The notes under the pieces: model-generated
What the model saw: only the letters and a program-made list of their open reading frames with translations
The model's database searches: none
What the model was told of the DNA's origin: nothing
In this document: piece by piece, positions 58,143 through 64,000 of the stretch
How positions within the stretch are numbered: the first letter of the stretch is position 1
Layout: each line of letters begins with the position of its first letter
Translations under genes and position numbers: made by a program
Assembly (NCBI RefSeq): GCF_964188315.1
Contig: NC_135667.1
Location: 26,102,001-26,166,000, forward strand
Reading direction: 5' to 3'
From: Podarcis muralis
Taxonomy: Eukaryota
Length of the DNA: 64,000 nt

Positions 58143-58930
58143 TCATTCATTCATTCATCATAATGTTTGGAAGCAATAAAGATAAGTTAGTATACTTCAA
58201 TTGCTGGTACTATATAATTTCCACAGATTGAGCATGACCAGAATGCATAAAGTGGTGTCTAAAAGAAGCACAAAGGACAGTTCCCGCTCCTGGTAAACAG
58301 CATGCTGAAATTGGATTTTGTCATACAGACAGCTAGCTCAATTGTTCCCCATTCAAAGAACAGACCCAAGTAGGAGAGTACTGGATTTTGTTGTTGTTTA
58401 TGCATAACTTAGTCTTAGCCATTCAAAGCACAGACCCAAACAGCAAATCCTTAATTGAATCACAACTAGGTACAGAGTACATCATGGAAACCTGCCCCTT
58501 CTGTTCAGTTTTCCCTTACAAAAAAGGGGGATATATGAGAGGGGGTGGAGATACACAAAAACATGCAAAAATTCCTTGAAATTGTAAAAAGATGTAATAA
58601 AAATAACCACATAGTATTCTTAGCTGCAATTGCAAAACAATTAAAATAGCTGTAAACATGGAGTTGTATCAGACTAACATAAATCATATTCAATGACTAG
58701 TAAGTATGTAGTATAAATTTAAAGCAATCCTGATTTACCCTAAAGAATCATTTGAGCTGTAGTTTATTAAGAGTTTTGAGAGTTCCACAATTTTGGCCAC
58801 TAGTGTACACTGGAGGGCTGTATTAAGAGCCACCCTCTCCCAATTCTTAATATGATATAATAATGATTATCTGTGTTTGCACATACAAATAAATACAGAT
58901 AAGGAAATAATCCCAGCAAGGTGGTCAGGG

Positions 58931-58942
58931 TTATTATTATTA

Positions 58943-58985
<43 letters not shown>
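58931..58985. repeat. (TTA)n(GTT)n microsatellite
   Basis: Directly visible; it may be the tail of a minus-strand retroposon fragment. Confidence 0.9.
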
Positions 58986-58986
<1 letters not shown>

Positions 58987-59805
58987 GCCATTTCTTCGGC
59001 TGTCGTTTGATCACAGCCTGTACGGAATGAATTTCTCTGTTGGCTTCTGCAGGAAAGCCCAGCAGCCCCTTCTTAGGTTGCCAGCTTTATATGCTTACTG
59101 ACCTGGGAGTTAACCCTGCTGAACTCAAGGTGGCTTACTCCCAAGTAGGAAAAACAGACTGGCGGGAGGCCCTGGCACATCAAAAGTCAATGCCTGCTCA
59201 GTCCCTCGCTTGCTCGCTCGCTCGCCAGGGCCTGGTACTGCAGGCTTTGGACGGTGTGTGATAGCCCTCCTCTCCTCCTCTTCCCCCACCACTGGCATGG
59301 AAGCTACAGCCCTGCTGGGGTGACAGCGCAAGTGCCCACAGAGAGGGCACTCAGAGTGTGCCATAGGTGCCATAGGTCCGCCACCACCGCCCTATGCCAC
59401 GCCCTCTAACATCCTGCAGAGGCAAATTGGGACGCACGTCTTTTGGGGCTGCACTCCCCATGCAAGTCACATGACTTACATGAGAGCAATGGACTATCAG
59501 TGCTGGATCCCTGCCAGGCAAACACTCCCTGCTCAGCTTCCATACTTCTGCCAGTCACCTTGGAGATGGGCAGCCATGCCAGGGCAGGGCATTCCCTGCT
59601 TGCTAGGAGACACTGGCAGCTCAGGAAAAGGGTGGCAGGGAGCATCAGGTAATGCTGAGTGGAACCTCCCCATGAATCAGTGGCATAGTGGGGGGGGGGG
59701 GGCTGTGACTCCGGGCACATTTTTTTGAGGGGGCATGACCAGGTGCCCCTGCAACAGGCTCCCTTATCAGAACCTGGCACTTGTGCCAACTCCATGGGGC
59801 CCTAG

Positions 59806-60060
59806 TGGCTCGGTCCCTGCTCCTGCCAACCTAGCAGTTCGAAAACACATCAAAGTGCAAGTAGATAAATAAGTACCACTCCGGCGTTTCCATGTGCTGC
59901 TCTGGTTCGCCAGAGGTGGCTTAGTCATGCTGGCCACATGACCCAGAAAAACTGTCTGCGGACAAACGTTGGCTCCTTTGGCCAATAAAGCGAGATAAGA
60001 GCTGCAACCCCAGAGTCGGTCACGACTAGACCTAATGGTCAGGGGTCCCTTTACTTTTTT
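59806..60060 (+). mobile_element. Sauria SINE, 5'-truncated
   Basis: GCTCGGTCCCTGCTCCTGCCAACCTAGCAGTTCGAAA...GGTCAGGGGTCCCTTTAC. Confidence 0.9.
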
Positions 60061-60535
60061 ATTGCTGTCTTATTTTGCATATGGTCACCCTAACTACTCT
60101 TTCAGTGTTAATATTCATCAGCACACCTAATCACAAATCAGCTACTGCACATTGCTATGAGATCATTTGCAGATGAGGCACAGGCAGACCTTCAGATGTG
60201 ATTTCAACTGCCCTCAGCACAAGGCAGCATGGCCATTGGTCAAGGCTGATATGTGTCAAAGTCCAATATGTGGTGAGCCACAGGCTCCCCATCCCTGTGA
60301 TATCTCTATTAACATTACAATCAGAGCCATGTTTACTCAGAGATAAGACCAATTGTGCTGAGGGGGACTTACACACTGTGCATCCAGTGGAAACAGGGCT
60401 GCTACTCATTTGTAAGTGAAGACAATACAGTCCGAAGTGAGAGAAAAAGAGAGAGCCAACCCCATTCTACTAAAACCTTAAGATATGCAATAAGAGAATC
60501 TAACTTATTTGTCCACTTGTACTTCTCCTTTCATA

Positions 60536-60718
60536 CCATTGGAGCCAACTCCTAGGGGCTATGGGGGCTTCTGCCTCCACAATAAAAGATTTGAGGCAGC
60601 CAGGCCCCCACAAAGCTGATAGGCATTCCCATTCAAATAGTGTGTGTCATGTGATCAAGTATGTGGGGCAGGGCTTACCTGCGCCCCCACAATATCTTCT
60701 TCAAGTTGGTACCCCTGT
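60536..60718. mobile_element. Probable non-autonomous DNA-transposon remnant
   Basis: Imperfect inverted ends GGAGCCAACT...AGTTGGTACCCCTG; no clear TSD. Confidence 0.35.
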
Positions 60719-63689
60719 TTCATACTTAATTCAGCACCTGATAATACAGTAAGGGTGTATGATACCCTTCACAATCAAAGAATTCCTCCCCTACCCAGAA
60801 CCATACCTCTATAAGGTGGACGGCTCCTTCCATGACCTTCCCAGAGACCAGAAAGGGAACAATTCCTACCTTTTTATAAAAGCAGTTGTGGTGAATGGGG
60901 AGGGGAGGGAAGGCTTGGGGGCAAGCTGTGCGGGTGATGAGGTGTGACCGGATAGGGGAGGGGTGGATGATTTGTAAAGGAAAGGACATTTAGTCAGGTG
61001 TAAAAGTAGCATGCATTGGCCAAGTATGGAGGGATGTGGGTTGTCAAAGGGTTTGGTGGGTAGGTGGGGTTGGTGACCAGAGTGAGCAGGCATTCCCTAG
61101 TTTTAAAATAAAAGAAGAAGAAGAAAAGAAAGATAGCCTGAATATCTGGTGTCCTTTTTTTCTCTCAGTCACATTCTGGCATTATTGAGGAAAATCAAGA
61201 GAATTCAGTGGGAAAGGTGGCATTGATGATGACCTCAATGAGCTTTAAATAGCTACCTCCCTACCTTTAGTGGATGGGATTTTGCAGATGACTGATATAT
61301 GTGATCACTTGTTGCCCAAGCTTTCTAAATGGTTGATACCACAGATTTTGATCTTCTGCAAGTAGCACTGAGCTATGCTCAGTTGGACTTAATGCACTAT
61401 AATAGGAGCTAAGGGACTGTGAGAATACTTTTGTGCTATGAAATGACAAAAAATACTCTACCTTGTTGAGTTCATTGATTTGCATGTCAAGGGGTGGGCA
61501 GGGGTTAGAAGCAGGGTCACAAAAACAGGGCCTACTGTAATGTATCTATATTCATTTGAAAGTTTGCATGGAGTTTAGACTGTTGCTCGAACAAAGGTAC
61601 ACTTGTGGGGCCCTACTCATGCAATTAGGAATCCTTAAATTTATGCAATTGGGATTCCTTATCATGTGAAGGGACCCCTATGCACATACAGTTGCACATT
61701 TGCAGACTCATTGTAGGCATCCAATTGAAGTCACATATTTCAGTCTCCACCTCCCCAGAATGATACTGATTGGTGAGCCAAAATGGGCTACTGACCATAG
61801 TTTCTTACAGCAGATGACCGTTGTGAAACAAATGAGAAGGAAATGATCTTATAATGTAAATAAGACAAATGGAATTGAAAATGGTATTTCAAAGTGGGAG
61901 GAAGTCATTGAACAACTTTTATAACTTATTCAATTAACTTTTATTGCTGGAAAATGAAACAAAAGTTTGTGTAATAGAGAACAGGATGTAAACTTTATTA
62001 GAAACCCCCAAGGTTCCTTCACAATCCTGTTCCTTAGGGGCACACAGAAGTCTGAGATATGCCTCTGAAATCAGTCTGCACATCCTATAGACAGGTGATA
62101 TCTGTGAGCGGAAAGTGGTGAGAGTAAGAGAGACTGAATATTGTTCACTCTTCAGTATTTTTTAATCAGAAATGTACTTGGAAATGAAAGGAAATTCCCC
62201 TGTTTTAGAAAAATTATTTTATATTATTATTTTCTTCTTCATTTGAACAGTTAGGTGTGGAAAAACCACCAGACCCATCCACGTTTCCATCTCTTTCAAG
62301 ATTTTATTTTGCTTCACTAAGAAATTTCAGCTGGCATTTCCTGCACTGGTGTTTATTTGTGTTCATTATGCTGGTAAGTGAGACTCTTTACTACAAAAAA
62401 ATTAACAAGAGAAAGAACCAAGACTGTTTTACGCTATAGAAAGATCCACTATATTTTGACTTCAACTTGATCTACAATGCAGTTCTGTTTACTGTCTACT
62501 CAGAAGTAAGTCCCACACGTTCAAAGGGACCTACTCCCAAATATGTGTCTATAACTTTAAAAGGTTTCTACAATAATTAATACTGCATGAATGCATACAC
62601 AATAACCCTTCTAAGTAAAAGTGAGATTTATTAATCTATTGCTATCATGTTGGCTTCTCTGTGATAAAATGTATAAGGAAACAATCATGTATTAAGTACC
62701 ACCGTATGCCAGTAACTTCAAAGACAGAATCACCATGGTCTTTAAGCCTCCCTTTTTGAAATAAATGTGACTGAAAAGCCTTTAATTTTGCGTGGACCAG
62801 GTTCATACTTTTTTAAAAAATATATATTTTTAAAAAATAACTACTTCCCAAAATTTATTTATTAGGAACAGTTTCCAGAGGGAGAACTTATCTTTTCCAT
62901 TGAAATACAATGGCACACACACAAAAAATCACTTCAGCCAGATTATGCAACATTAAAAATAACCGTGATTACATTCTGCAATTCATCTTTTCCACCAAAA
63001 TTCAGTGCTGTATTGTCTGGTTGTTGTTGGGTTTTTTGGTTTTTTTTAACTTAATTTAGATCACTTGAAGTTATATTTATGACAATAGCAGAAATGCTAT
63101 TTCTTCCAGCAGTTTTGTGCTAATATGAAAAGAATGCCCCACTATGCAATAACTCACTCCATGTGAACAAATTGCACTGTGATCACTGAGGCTACGTAGA
63201 GTAGAGCTATTTAAAACAGCCCTGATGTTGCAACGTTAATGTGCTAATCTTGACAATTGTTCCATGAAATCTTTGGATGTGGCTATTCAGAGAAATAATT
63301 TTTAACATGTGGCTTCTCAAAGATCCAGTGGTTTTCTGTCATCTCTTTCGCAGAAGCCATCTCTAAATGGTTTCTGTCCTGTGTTCTCCAGAGCAGCCTT
63401 CCCAAACCTTGTCATTTCCACATGCTGTTGGACAGCAAATCTTATAATCTCTAAGCATGTCAATGCTGGCTGGGGCTAATAGGAATTTTGTCTGAAACAT
63501 CATGAAGGCATCATGTTGACTAAGAATGTGAAACTTTTGCTTTCTAACAGTCTGATGACTACATACAATACTAACTAAACAAAATGCAATCTCACAGTGC
63601 TTTCTTGCTGCTTTTACTGTCAGCAGTAAATATGCAAATACTTTATTACTGCTTCAGTGATTGGAATTATTTCTTCCTATGTTATTTTA

Positions 63690-64000
63690 AGGGATGCAGG
63701 TGGCACTGTGGTCTAAACCAAAGAGCCTAGGGCTTGCCGGTCGGAAGGTCGGCAGTTCAAATCCCTGCAACGGGATGAGCTCCCGTTGCTTGGTCGCAGC
63801 TCCTGCCCACCTAGCAGTTCAAAAGCACGTCAAGTGCAAGTAGATAAATAGGTACTGTTCTGGTGGGAAGGTAAATGGCGTTTCTGTGCGCTGCTCTGGT
63901 TCACCAGAAGCAGCTTAGTCAAGCTGGCTATATAACTCAGAAGCTGTCTGCAGACAAACGTCGGCTCCTTCGGCCTATAGAGCAAGATGAGCGCTGCAAC
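63690..64000 (+). mobile_element. Sauria SINE (runs off window; paralog of 56779)
   Basis: Same insertion site (CCTATGTTATTTTAAG) and same SINE head. Confidence 0.92.

Noticed and set aside
58877-59101. Poly-Cys / poly-Asn ORFs
   Set aside because: Translation of the (GTT)n microsatellite.

Overview
Eukaryotic, squamate (lizard-type) genomic DNA containing a class II (gamma-group) olfactory receptor (OR) gene cluster. The taxon is inferred from Sauria SINE, a Squam3-like SINE and BovB. Ten single-exon ORs have full-length open frames: 6098, 12993, 16684, 20569, 28777, 34093, 39256, 44524, 49458 and 57198. There is also one OR cut by the left edge (1-487) and two OR pseudogene fragments (5201, 15824). 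Intergenic DNA is a mosaic of local segmental duplications and transposons: L1, CR1, L2, RTE, BovB, unclassified LINE ends, Sauria SINEs, solo LTRs, hAT and Tc1/mariner MITEs, and a Penelope-like terminus. No rRNA, tRNA or CRISPR array was seen. The most interesting observations are: (1) an apparently chimeric OR at 20569; (2) an OR triplication with the signature of unequal crossover; (3) a shared 1-nt deletion giving those three ORs a new 31-aa C-tail; (4) a conserved homeodomain plus O/E-like upstream block; (5) a Penelope-derived palindrome folded back at a hammerhead-ribozyme stem II. I found no convincing wholly new biological system. All alignments were done by eye and family assignments are from motif recognition, not database searches.
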